Origin: Azolla caroliniana
Taxonomy: Eukaryota; Plantae; Polypodiophyta
Direction: 5' to 3'
Length of the DNA stretch: 64,000 nt
NCBI GenBank assembly: GCA_043228905.1
Contig: JBHGNT010000017.1
Span: 12,152,001-12,216,000 of the forward strand
The position numbers and the translations under genes were made by a program. Position 1 is the stretch's first letter. Every line of letters begins with the position of its first letter. Under the pieces are notes generated by a model, which saw only the letters and a program-made list of their open reading frames with translations, made no database searches and was not told where the DNA came from. Below, piece by piece: positions 52,280 through 64,000 of this stretch.

Positions 52280-54240
52280 TAAGATGCAAAGAGAGAGATA
52301 GATAGATAGATAGATAGATTATATTATTGTCTTCGGAGGTCAAATATGACCTATGAGACCAAAAAATTACATTTCACGTGATACGTGTGAAAGTGAGTAG
52401 TGACTCTCGATGTTCAAGAACTTTACCAATGAATGTTGCAATCGAGAGTGCACATTGTGGTTGTGAGAGGAATTCATGCAAAGATTGGGCTCGATCGAAG
52501 AGATGTGGAAAGCATGGTCGAATATGATCAAAGGCAGAGCATTGTATCAAAGTGTGATACTCAGACTCGCGAACTTGTTTAGGGCAAAGTGTGCATAGTT
52601 GACCACTCTCATCACTTGTACCCCAACGCCTTGTTTCACATCGCAATGCATGTTAGCTAAGTCGCATGGAAGCAATGGTTCGAATGGAAGATAACGATAT
52701 GGGCTCTAACATGTATGGATGTGTACGATTTCCCCGTTCCGCAAAGAATATGGTTTTGTAGTTAGGTGCAATATGTGTAGTATAATGTGTGAAGCGTGAG
52801 CCTCCACATTTGTCCCATGTCATGATACATTGGCGTTGTAAAAATGCCTCATTTACAAAGGAATCTAATGATGCATCATGAAGCAAGTGTCTCACATCCC
52901 ATCTACCAAACCATTTTTCTATATCTTGCATCCAACCAGAACACAAAATTTTGCTTTTATGCGTCTTTTGGATCTTTTTGCTTGCTTCCCACACAATTCT
53001 AGGAAGTCGATGTGAGGGACTGTTTTGAACCTTAAGCATGTATTCAACAACCCTTTCCATGGCCATGATCTCAATGGGAAGCGATCCCGTCTCAAGGAGG
53101 AGGAGGGTATAGGGCGTTTGTTTCTTAACTTGTAGAAACTTGGTAAGAAAATGCTTTTGGACATTTTCAAACTCTTTCCGCATAGATTTAGGGATGCTAC
53201 CGCCCCATACTTCCACCCCATAGAGAAGAACCGGTGTCACCAAAGTGTCGAAAAGATATTTCTTGAGGACCCAACACTTAATATCTCCAAGATTGCATGT
53301 GTTCTCAAATGCATAGTATGCTCGCTTGCCTGCGTCTAAGCGGCGTGTAGCACATTCATTCCATCCATGATTTGAAGGAACTTCAAGGCCAAGATATTTG
53401 AAGCTTTCCACACATTCAAGTGGCTCATTGTTGTACATAATGCATGGTTTATCTCTTTTTTGTCTCTTCACAAGCATAATCTTTGTTTTAGAGCTATTGA
53501 CACTTAATTTAGTATGCATGCAAAAAATTTCCAATGCCTTCATAAGCTTTTGTGCATCTCCTAAAGTATTTGCAAAAAGCACTACATCATCTGCATATAA
53601 CAAAAGCATAATCACAACATTCCCAATGGCAACTTCTTCAACACATTCTTCCTTTTCAAACTTGGTAACCATTTCTTCCAATTCATCAATGCATAGACCA
53701 AATAGTGTTGGTGAGAGTGGGCATCCTTGCTTAACACCAATAGTGCTTTTGAAAAAATCTGAAAGTTTATCTCTCATGCGCACACAACATATAACCTTCT
53801 CATAAATTCGGGAAATTGCTAGCATATATTCACTTGGCACCTCAAGTTCTTCCATTCGCCTCCAAAGATGCTCACGAGGTACCATATCAAAAGCTTTCTT
53901 GAAGTCTACAAAGCAACAATATAAACCTTTACCTCTAAGGCGACATTCCTCCATTAATACTCGAAGGGTGATAAGGTGATCAATGGTGCTATGGTGTTTC
54001 CGAAAGCCAGCTTGTCCATAAGCTCTCTTACCACTTATCTTTGATTCCATTATACATTCAAATAGTTTTGCCATTAATGAGCCAACCATGATGGTTTGAT
54101 AGTTGTTTACATTATTTATATCTCCACCTTTATGTAAAGGTTTGATCCAATTGGTAGTCCAATCGTACGGCATACCATGTTGCAATGCATCATTAAACAT
54201 ATCACTTATCCATATATGTGCTTCCTTTCCCGTCCATTTG
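52240..54240 (-). mobile_element. 5'-truncated LINE (RTE-X-like RT plus C-terminal Cys/His motif) with microsatellite tail
   Basis: 542-aa frame QAGFR..FVDFKKAFD..GVKQGCPLSP..LLYADD..FKYLG; CTLC..EYHTLIQC; (TCTA)n/(CA)n at 3' end; (GA)n at 5' junction. Confidence 0.88.
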
Positions 54241-54355
54241 AGAGAGAGAGAGAGAGAGAGAGAACAAGAAGTTGTATTCACAAAAAGAAATATTGCATCC
54301 AGTAGTGACTAAGTTACAAAAGGTTGGTTTAAATACCAACTGATCTATGGCATGT

Positions 54356-55560
54356 GGGTCGAACCATGCTACGGTGTACCAAAAAAGTATTGTTTTTGGC
54401 CAAGAAAAACACGAGTACTTTTACTACTGTTAGTACTAAGTAATTATAAAAAAGCTTTTAAAAAAATCAAAAAAATTTATAATCTTTTTAGGGAGTGGGG
54501 TGGGATAGTACACATTGCATTTAATGGGGGGAGTAGTTGTTGTGTATTCAGGAGTGAGGACTAATTTCGGGGCTATTTCCCCCTCACTTTTAATTTAGCA
54601 CGCCACATTAATTGAATTTGGCGCTTCTCACAATTTTGGCGCATCCCCTTCATCCTCCCAATCGAGCCCATCTCAGATTCACTGTTTGTCGTTCTCTGCA
54701 TCTCAAGTATTCACAGCACGCGAATGTCCCTAAGATTTGGGATCTTGCCATTCCTTCTCTACAAATCAAACCTACGTGAAAATGATCAAGTGTTCTTTGT
54801 GTCACCCATCTAAGCCATCTTTGCCTTTCGTCAGTATGTCTTCTCCTTCCCTCGGTATGTCGTCTCCTTCCCTCGGTATATCTTCTCCTTCCCTTGGTAT
54901 GTCTTCAGAATTGTTTTTTAAGTGTTGGTTATTTCAGAACTATTTTTTAAGCTTTAATATTTATTGTTTATCCTTTCAAATGGAAACTTTAAGATTTATT
55001 TATGCTGAAAAGATTATGTCTTCATCATCATCATGATTATTATAGTCATTATCATCTCCATCTACTTGTTCATTGTTACCATATTACGTTGAGCATATTG
55101 TTATTTGTACTATTTCTCGATCTTAATAGAATGATAATCTTCTGCCAATGATGTTAGGCACATGTGGATAACACCTAAAATTGGACTTTAATATTAGCCT
55201 ATTGGTATGGTTGTCTTTCTTAGTAATGAATTGTTTTGTTAAAGGAATATATGTGTGTGGTATTATCATACATGTTTATTCGAAAATGGGTTGATGTGGT
55301 TTGCATTGACATATTAAGTACGTTTATTCTACGATGTATTAAGAATTTATTTTGATTAATTAGATACTGAAATAACAAGAAATTAGGTGTTGGAATACAT
55401 GAGAGTGGCAATGGTAGATGTCAAGGAGAGTGAGTTGTCATGTAGCAACTCTATGTCTGAGAGGAGCAAGAGACGGGTGGTTCTTCACATAGTTCGTTAT
55501 TTACTAGAAGTAATTGAGAGATTTACCAAGGAAGATCGTAATGATATTATCTCTAAAACT
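54356..55560 (+). mobile_element. Truncated second Sola2-type element (one TIR plus transposase N-terminus)
   Basis: GGGTCGAACCATGCTACGGTGTACCA matches the 34695 end; ESELSCSNSMSERSKRRVVLHIVRYL matches ORF 33256..33690. Confidence 0.85.
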
Positions 55561-55596
55561 GGATTCTCGTAATAAAGCTGGAATTCCTCCTACCGG

Positions 55597-56673
55597 TGTC
55601 GTGAAGATCCGTCACTATGTGCGGATCGTGAGGCGGAACCGCCGGGGTTCTAGACCGAAAGGATTCGAAGTTTGCACTAACTTTAGCGAGAAAGTATTTA
55701 AGATAGATTGAGAGAGATTGATATGATGAAAGAGAGATATTGAGATAAAGATTGAACTTTTAACTTTTAGATTTAAGAGAGAAGATACATCAACAATAGG
55801 ATTACAAGTTTCTTATTTTTCCCCAGATTTTTCATTAGTTTCATTTGCTTGATTCCTCCACTCTTCTATAGATGCCCCCATGCATATGGTGCATGTGAGG
55901 GTGAAAGACATGCACGTAATGCATGAAATGCATGCTTGCCATGTCATCATCTAAGCTCTCATGTATGAGAATTTACATGTAAAAGTGTAATGATAAAAAT
56001 ATAGCTTTTAAGGAATTGACTTGGCTTGGTGGTAAGTATATTGCTTCCTATCTTGGAGGTAGAAGGTTCAAGCCTTGCTCACATCCCTTTTAAAACACAA
56101 AATACTACTAGGCTTTTAGTCTTGTATTTACACCGAAAATCTTCAAAACACCATGCACCATGATCAACCGACCGATCCGTCTATCCCAACCAGTTCAATC
56201 CAATCTTATCCGTCGCCATCTACTCCCGGTCTCGGTCGCCGGTCGCCGGCTCCGTTCAGTCGGCCAAAACCTTTACAAGTAGTTAGGCCACACCCATTAA
56301 TCCGATCAGTTTAGCTCAAGTCACCTTGAACATTCTATGATCCACTCATAGACACAAAGTAATAGATTTTAGCCCTGCTTATATACTCTAGGATCTTTAT
56401 TTGTCCTGTCTATGTGAGATATCTCGTAGTTTTGTTTTTTCTCTTCTTCTTCGCAAACTTCATACCCACATAACTTGCCACTTAGTTGTTCATTTCTTAT
56501 GTGGTAAAGTGTATTCGAAAGCTCTTGAAGACCTCCATCTTTTTGTACCAAGATATTAAGCTAATCTAAAATAATATCTTCACTATTATTGTTTCATGTC
56601 TCGTGTGAAGAACCACACTCGATTTTGTATGTTCCTCGCAATTTTCACACAATTGCCGAAAATCTTCACGACA
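55597..56673. mobile_element. Solo LTR of the TGTCG-ended gypsy lineage
   Basis: 12-bp inverted ends TGTCGTGAAGAT / ATCTTCACGACA; flanks CCGG and CCAG; host copia RNase H rejoins. Confidence 0.85.
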
Positions 56674-58585
56674 CCAGATCCCTAGCTCTCCAATAAAGTC
56701 CTTCATCCATATTACCTCTTTGCCGGCTTCCACGGCTGCCATATACTCCGCTTCTGTTGTCAACAATGCAACGGACTTCTAGAGCCTCGACTACCACGAT
56801 ACGGCTCCCCCTGCATAGGTCATGATTTATCCAGAATTGGAATGGTCAGTATCCACATCAGCCAACATGTCTGAATCCATGAAGCCTTCCAATAGGGATT
56901 TACCATAGCCAAATCAGAGGCACATGCTCGAGGTGACTTTCAAGTACCGAAGTATCCACTTGATGGCCGCCCAATGCTCCTTTCTGGATTGCTCATAAAC
57001 TGGTTGACTACTCCGACAACGTATTCGATATCCGTCTGAGTACACACCATTGCGTACATTAAGCTTCCGACGATAGAGGTATATTGTATCTTCATCATCT
57101 CTAACTTCTTTGTCTTGGTCTTCGGACTTTGCTTTCCAGACAGCTTGTAGTTCGCCGAAAGTGTCAACCCGACCAACTTTGCATCCGACATGTTGAACCT
57201 CTAAAGCACCTTTGTCAAGTACTTCTCTTGTGACAACCACAACAGCTTCTTCGCCCAGTCCCGGATTATGTGCATCCCTAGGATCTGTCTCTCCGGACCC
57301 ATATCTTTCATTCAGAAGGATCGTCTCAGGGACTTCTTCAGCATTCCAATTTTGATACAGTCACTTCTGAAGATCAACATGTCATCCACGTACAACAATA
57401 GTATCAAGAAGTCACCCCCGTTGAATCTCTTCACGAACACAAAGTGGTCGGCCTGCGTCTTGTGGTATCCTTGGTCGGTCATGAAGGAGTTGAACTTCTG
57501 GTACCATTGCTGAGGAGCTTGCTTCAGTCTGTATAAGCTCTTCTTCAACCGGCACACCAGGTGCTCCTTCCCTTTCTTGACGAATCCTTCCAATTGCTAC
57601 ATGTAGATCTCCTCCTCGAGGTCTCCATGAAGGAACGTCATCTTCACATCTAGTTGTTCGACTTCAAGGTCCATGCTTGCCACTATGCTCAGCATAGTCC
57701 GGATGGATGTCATCTTTACTACCGGGGCAAAATCTCATCGAAATCCACTCCTTTCTTCTTTTGAAACCCCTTCACCATGATCCATGCTTTATACCTTGGT
57801 GGATTTCCAACATCTCTCGGTTTCAACTTGTACATGCACTTGTCTCGAAGAGCTCTCTTTCCTTTCGGCAACTCCATCAATTCATATGTGTGGTTCTCAT
57901 GCAGGGAATCCATCTCATCCTGCATGGCACTTAACCACTTCTGATTGTGGGTGTCTTTCTTTGCTTCTTCGAAGCTTTCCAGTGTCGTGTGGTTTTTCAG
58001 ACACTATATGAAAACTAGTAAAATAAGTATTTAAGATTAGCTTAATCGATTGATATGAGAAGATAGATATCTTCAAGAGCTTCATAATGCATTTTTCTAC
58101 GCATGAAACAGATAAATAAGTATGTATCAAGTTATGTGAATGTGAAGTTTGAGAAGATTGGGAAAAACAAAACTATAAGATATCCCACATAGATAGGATA
58201 ACATTAGATCCCATATTATATAAGGAGAGCCAGAACCTATTACTTTATGTCTATGTGTAAAGCACAGAATGTTCAAGGTGACTTGGGCTAAACTATGTGG
58301 ATGAATGGTTCAAATGATTTTGGGTCACGGCGTACGGCCCGGTCACTACGCACGCGTGTGTGCGGACGAGTGTGCGGATACGTACAAGGCGCGGTCAGGA
58401 CGCACACGCATGTGTTTGCAGATGCATACACGGGGCGGTCGAGACACGCATGTGTGCAGATGTGTACACGGGGCGGTCAGGACGCGCGTGTATGTCGATG
58501 CGTACACGAGGCGGTCGGGACGCACGTGTGTGTATATGCGTACAATGCCCGGTCGGGACGCGCACATGCACGGATGCGGATGCGT

Positions 58586-61250
58586 TGTTGCGAAAATACG
58601 ACGAGGATACGTGAACTTGAGGCAAGACCCCGGGGCCTCCGACCGGAAGATATCAGATTCATATGATTATATTAAACAATTAATACAAAATTTGAAAGAT
58701 TCACAAATTTTATTAATAAAGGGAAAGAAATTACAATATGTCCCAAGATTGGGATTCAGAAGTTTAGGTTTACTAAGTTTAATATAAAAGAAAAATTAGG
58801 GGTTTTTGAGAGATATGGCTTCCGTAGGAAAAATTAGGGCTTTTTAGTGTAATGGCTTCCATAGGGAAAATTAGGATTTTTTGCTTCCGTAAGGAAATTA
58901 GAGGTTATGAGAGATATGGCTTCTGTAGGGAATTTTTAGGGTTTATGGCTTCTGTAAGGAAATTAGGGTTTTTGAGTGTTATGGCTTCTGTAGGGAATTT
59001 AGGGTTTATGAGAGTTATGGCTTCCCTAAGATAAGGGAGCTGAGAAGGAAAAGAAAAATAAATAATGGAGAGAGGATATAAGTATAAGGGGAAAAATGGA
59101 ATATATATGGAGTTCCCCGTTGATCATATGCATGTCTACTTTTTGTTGCATGGCCTCTACTTTTAGTTGCAAAGCTTCTTCTTTTAGTTGCATCTATTTT
59201 TAGTTGCATGGCTTTTTCTTTTAGTTGCATGCAACCGTCCACATGACCTTTACTTTAGTTTCTTTTACCTTTCTTTAATTAGCCACATGATCCTTTTATC
59301 CGTTCGGTTTGCGTCCAACCTCATCTGGTCATCGATTGCTGCCGACTTGCCGGCTCAGCCGCCACATCCAGTTTGCTTACCGGTTGGTTTCCGGTTTTGC
59401 TTACCGGCCGGTTTCCGATTTTGCTTACCGGCCCGTTTTCAATTTTGCTTACTGGCCCCGTTCCAGTTTTGCTTACTGGCCAGTTTCCGGTTTTGCTTGC
59501 CGATCGGTTTCCGATTTTGCTTACCGGCTGGTTCCAATTTTGCTTACTGGCCAGTTTCCGGTTTTGCTTGCCGATCGGTTTCCGATTTTGCTTACCGGCT
59601 GGTTTCCGGCTTTTGGGAACTTGGCCACCATCATCCATCAAGACAAAGTGGCCAAAGTGCTCTTGGCACAAATGAAAATGAGGGTCTCAAGGTTCTTATA
59701 TAGTAAGGGCCTTAAGTTTCCTATCTATGTGGGATAAATAATAGTTCTATTTTCCCTATCTTCTCAAACATCCATCTTCTATAACATACCATTAAGCTAA
59801 TATAAAGTACTTATTTTTTATTTTATTTTTTTTACATAGTATGAGAAGATTCACACAACATTCGCCCCCACCAAACCTGCACATCTACCGGTATGTGCCA
59901 ATTTTGGTGAGGCTCCATTTTTTATTACTTTACTTTTTTATTGATGTACCCGAATCACCATTGCCATCCGATCCACCATATTCTTCGTTCACTCTTTGCA
60001 TTTCCATGACCGGTTGTCATGGCTCTCTTTGCTCCTCTTCAACATAATGCTTCACTCCTTATGCATGTGCCACCTTCATCTCGACCATCTCCTTGGTCAT
60101 TTAACTTTCTTTTATCATCCTTTCTTGTTTCATGCATGCCTTTCAAAAGCCTTATCGAAGTAATATTGTTGAGTACTCTTAGTGGTCCACTCTTTAACGA
60201 CATGCTCTCTTGTAGGTCCTTAAGTGACCACATTGTATGCTTCCCATTTTGTCCACTTTTGTGGTATACTCTTGTGTTGGAGTGGACCATGACTTCTACG
60301 CTAGTATTATCCTTGTTAGATTTTGTGATCACATCTTTCGGATCCGCTTGGCCCACTTGGCCCACGTCCTTGCTTTTTGAGGTTTGTTCAGTCTCGTTGT
60401 CGCACACATTAGCTTTTGTCCTTGCTTCCTCACTGCCATCGTCCTTCTCTTGGGTCTTACATTGGTTAATGCCCAAGTCTCTTGAACGAGTGTGGAGGAA
60501 TTTTGTAGTTTGGCATTGCCTTTGTCGTGCTACCTTTAGCCACTTCCACCTTATGGTTGTTCACATTGGCATTGATCTTTGTTTTCTCACCGCCACCTTC
60601 CGTCTCTTGGGTCTTACATCGGTTAATGCCCAAGTCTCAAGAACCTTTTTGGGGAAAGTCTCTTCATCACCGTCGTCTACCCTCATTGGCTTGACGTCTC
60701 CCTCTTCTTCGCATGTGTTAGCCTCGGCCTTCACTTCCTCGCCGCCACCTTCCGTCTCTTGGGTCTTACATCGGTTCTCGGACGCAATTGCCCAAGTCTC
60801 TAGAACAAGTGTGAAGAAAGTCTTGACACGGCCATCCGGCATTTACTGGTCCTTAGCTACCTCTGACTCGATGTCATTTTTCGTGGCTATCTCCTCAATC
60901 ATGTTGGCCTCACGCTTTTTATCTCCCTCGATCATGGAAGCTTTGCTCATGCTAGAACCTTCATCACTTGATGTTTCAGGCACGATGTGTGTTCCGAAAC
61001 ATTTGTCTTCGCTTGAAGTGGCATTCGCCACCCTCGATTCATTTGTTTCATTCTTCATCGTTGTTTCTTTGCAAGACGAGAAGACGTCTTGTTCCACATC
61101 TTCTCTTGCGGTACCATCATGGTACCGAACCTGGGCCTTTGTATCGACCGTAACATTAATCATCATTTGTTGGGAAGTTTCTTCTTCCTCACTTATCATT
61201 TGCTTCAGTTTTTGCTCCTTTCGAAGCTTCTCTTCAAAGATTGGTGGATC
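58586..61250 (-). mobile_element. Inverted 3' half (ORF, PPT, LTR ~58586-59861) of a related non-autonomous element
   Basis: 58586 onward is the reverse complement of the LTR end at 63620; ORFs 60039-61352 (-) match 61505..62803 (+). Confidence 0.82.
59368..59612. repeat. 24-bp tandem repeat (~10 copies) within an LTR
   Basis: TTTTGCTTACCGGCYGGTTTCCGR units; 8-aa periodicity in the overlapping ORFs. Confidence 0.9.
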
Positions 61251-61504
61251 AAAGATTGGTGGGGTTGGAAAAAGTCCTAATGTTTGTGAAGTCAATTGAT
61301 CGGAAGGAAAGGAAGGCCATTGGAATCCGACTTGAGGATGATGATGGTGCAAATGGCCTCACCAAGGATTGGACGAAAATGGAAAGATTATGTCAACTAC
61401 ACGATAAGAGAAAGACAAGATTCTCATCGACAACAACACAACCCATGAGGGATGGTGAAAGGAGGACAGGAACAAACTAGAAACTACCACCTAAAGAAGA
61501 GAGC

Positions 61505-62803
61505 TTGAAGAGGGAAGATTCGATGGTACTCGACATAGAGGCCTTCATAAACGAGGCATATGAGAATTTAAAGGTGCAAGTCGAGGCCAAAGAGAATCTT
61601 ATAATGGAACCAAAACCGAATAAAATGGTTATCAAGGAAGAAGAGACCTCCCAACAAAGGTGGAGTAATGATACGGCCAATACGAAGGCCCAAGTTCGGT
61701 ACGACAGCACCACGGGAAAAGGTGTGGAACAAGACGTCTTCTCGTCTTGCAAAGAAACAATGATGAAGAATGAAACCAATGAATCGAGGATGGAGAATGC
61801 CACTTCAAGCGAAGACAAATGTTTCGGAACACGCATCGTGTCTGAAACATCAAGTGATGAAGGTGCAAGCATGATGAAAGCTTACATGATCAAGGGAGAT
61901 AAAAAGTGTGAGGCCGACATGATTGAGGAGATAGCCACGAAAAATGACATCGAGTTAGAGGTGGCTATGGACAAGTCAATGGCGGATGGCCGTGTCAAGA
62001 CTTTTTCCACACTTGTTCTAGAGACTTGGGTAGATGCATCGAAAAGCAAATGTGAGACCCAAGAGACGAAAGGTGGCGGCGAGGAAGTGAAGGCCGAAGC
62101 TAACACATGCGAAGAAGAGGGAGACGTCAAGATGAAGAGGGTAGACGACGATGATGAAGAGACTTTCCCCACAAAAGTTCTTGAGACTTGGGCATTAACC
62201 GATGTAAGACCCAAGAGATGGAAGTTGGTGGTGAAGAAGCAAAGATCAAAGCTAATGCAAACAACGATAAGGTGGAAGTGGCTAAGGGTAGCACGACAAA
62301 GGCAATGGCAAACTACAAAATCATATAAATCCCTCCACACTCATTTGAGAGACTTGGGCATTAACCGATGTAAGACCCAAGAGAAGGACGGTGGCAGAAA
62401 GGAAGCAAGGGTTGAAGCTAGTGCATGCAACAAGGAAGTCATGGTCAACTCCAAAGTATACCACGAAAGTAGAAAAAGTGAGAAGCATAAAATGTGTTCA
62501 CTTAAGGACCTCGAGATGAGCATGCAGTTGAAGAATGAACCACTAAGTGTACTCAACAATAGTATTTCGATAAGGCAATTGAAAGGCATGCATGGAACAA
62601 GAAGGGATGATAAAAGAAAGTTAGATGACCAAGGAGATGGTCGAGATGAAGGTGGCACATGCACAAAGCATGAAGCATTATGCTCTACAGGAGAAAAGGG
62701 AGCCATGGCAACCACCCACGGAAATGCAAAGAGTGAGCGAAGAATATGGTGGATCAGATGGCAATGGTGGTTCGGGTATAAAGAAGAAACATCGATGAAG
62801 TAG
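61505..62803 (+). CDS. 432-aa Glu/Lys-rich ORF of unknown function following a gag remnant
   Basis: Open frame; upstream VLMFVKSIDRKERKAIGIRLEDDDG resembles the gag at ~4840-4920 (VLLFVKSVDVRDREEVGFLLEIDDG). Confidence 0.55.
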   Translation: MKREDSMVLDIEAFINEAYENLKVQVEAKENLIMEPKPNKMVIKEEETSQQRWSNDTANTKAQVRYDSTTGKGVEQDVFSSCKETMMKNETNESRMENATSSEDKCFGTRIVSETSSDEGASMMKAYMIKGDKKCEADMIEEIATKNDIELEVAMDKSMADGRVKTFSTLVLETWVDASKSKCETQETKGGGEEVKAEANTCEEEGDVKMKRVDDDDEETFPTKVLETWALTDVRPKRWKLVVKKQRSKLMQTTIRWKWLRVARQRQWQTTKSYKSLHTHLRDLGINRCKTQEKDGGRKEARVEASACNKEVMVNSKVYHESRKSEKHKMCSLKDLEMSMQLKNEPLSVLNNSISIRQLKGMHGTRRDDKRKLDDQGDGRDEGGTCTKHEALCSTGEKGAMATTHGNAKSERRIWWIRWQWWFGYKEETSMK

Positions 62804-64000
62804 AATAATCAAAAGAGGAACCTCACTACAATTGGCACATACCAGTGGATGTGCAAGTTTGGTGAGGGTGAATGTCGTGTGGTTTGTCACACACAATATG
62901 AAAACTAGTAAAATAAGTATTTAAGATTAGCTTAATGGATTGATATGGGAAGATAGATATCTTCAAGAGCTTCGTAACGCATTTTTCTATGCATGAAACG
63001 GATAAATAAGTATCAAGTTATGTGACTGTAAAGTTTGAGAATATTGGGAAAAACAAAATTGTGAGATATCCCACATAGATAGGACAACATTGGATCCCAT
63101 ATTATATAAGGAGAGCCAGAACCTATTACTTTATGTCTATGTGTGAAGCATAGAATGTTCAAGGTGACTTGGGCTAAACTGTGTGGATAAATGGCTCAAG
63201 TGATTTTGGGTCACGACGTATGGCCCGTTTGGGACATGCGCGTGTGTGCGGACGAGTGTGTGGATGCGTACACGGCTCGGTCGGGCACGTGCATGTGTGC
63301 GGATGCGTACATGGTACATGTGTGCGGATGCATCACAATGTACGGAAGCCATAAGACTAAAAAATCCTAATTTTCCCTACGAAAGCCATATCTCTCAAAA
63401 CCCCTAATTTTTCTTTTCTATTAATCTTACTAAACCTAAAACTTCTGAATCCCAATCTTGGGACATATTGTAATTTTTCTCTTTCTTTACTAATAAAATT
63501 TTTCAAACTTTGTCATATCAATTAATTCTTAATACAAAAATGCACGAATTTGATATCCTTTGGTAGTAGGGCCCGGGGTCCTGCCTCAAGTTCACGTGTC
63601 CTCGTCGTATTTTCGCGACACTGGCTCCCCCTCCTTTGTCAACAATATTCTCTCTTCTTCCGGAAATCTCTAAGGGGGCTTCTCTCTCTTAGAGGGTATC
63701 TCCGTCTTTGTTCTTTGACCACTAGCTCCTCTGTCTATTCTTCATCCGAATCCGATTCGGGGTCTTGTCCGATTCGAGTGTCCAATTCTTCTTCAGTCGG
63801 TTCGGTTTTTTGTCTGAATTCAGTCGGTTCATCCTGGTCTTCGGCTGACATCCGACTTCCGACCGGATGTGTCCTTGCATCTTCCAACCGATCTATGTCG
63901 GTCGATTTGGAGTTCGTTATCTTCTTCTCCGACTCCTAGTCGGCAATAGTCTTGTCTTCCACGAAGACTATGTCTCAACTCTAGAAGACCTTCTTGTCGA

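Larger units (their letters stand above)
57983..63620 (+). mobile_element. Non-autonomous gypsy-lineage LTR element (gag remnant plus charged ORF, no pol), rearranged
   Basis: LTR starts at 57983 and 62873 match; end CGCGACA at 63620; flanks CCAG and CTGG (decayed CCGG); PPT-like GGTGAGGGTGAA before 62873. Confidence 0.8.
55561..64000 (-). mobile_element. Tork-like copia pol remnant, split by two gypsy-lineage insertions
   Basis: TTEAEYMAAVEAGKE; LLLYVDDML; MQDEMDSLHENHTYELMELPKG; GEP|ESFEEA rejoins across 57983-63620. Confidence 0.85.

Noticed and set aside
58295-59737. Several Cys/Arg-rich ORFs of 100-170 aa
   Set aside because: They arise from stop-free tandem repeats inside LTRs and are open in many frames
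60019-61299. 426-aa hydrophobic ORF as an env-like or membrane protein
   Set aside because: It is the antisense shadow of the Glu/Lys-rich ORF copy on the minus strand

Overview
Repeat-dense eukaryotic DNA, most likely from a land plant and probably a moss such as Physcomitrium (inferred from the retrotransposon types, plant-type tRNA-Met and tRNA-Trp primer sites, GT-AG introns and heavy CpG decay). I recognise no host gene. The window is a stack of nested, mostly decayed mobile elements: several Ty1/copia copies, Ty3/gypsy elements (tRNA-Trp-primed with 4-bp TSDs, one chromovirus, one other non-chromovirus lineage), solo LTRs, a LINE and DNA transposons. Three things stand out. (1) A spliced, decayed minus-strand gene (~18.7-21.8 kb) fuses a ParB/Srx-like domain to a prokaryote-type beta-class N6A/N4C DNA methyltransferase and sits head-to-head with a Sola1/DUF7869-like transposase. 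(2) That transposase is split by a complete 12.3-kb Sola2-type transposon (26-bp TIRs, ATTA TSD) carrying a RING-H2 cargo gene. (3) Five independent insertions of the TGTCG-ended gypsy lineage all landed on 4-bp NCGN targets. All protein calls come from reading motifs by eye; no searches were run.
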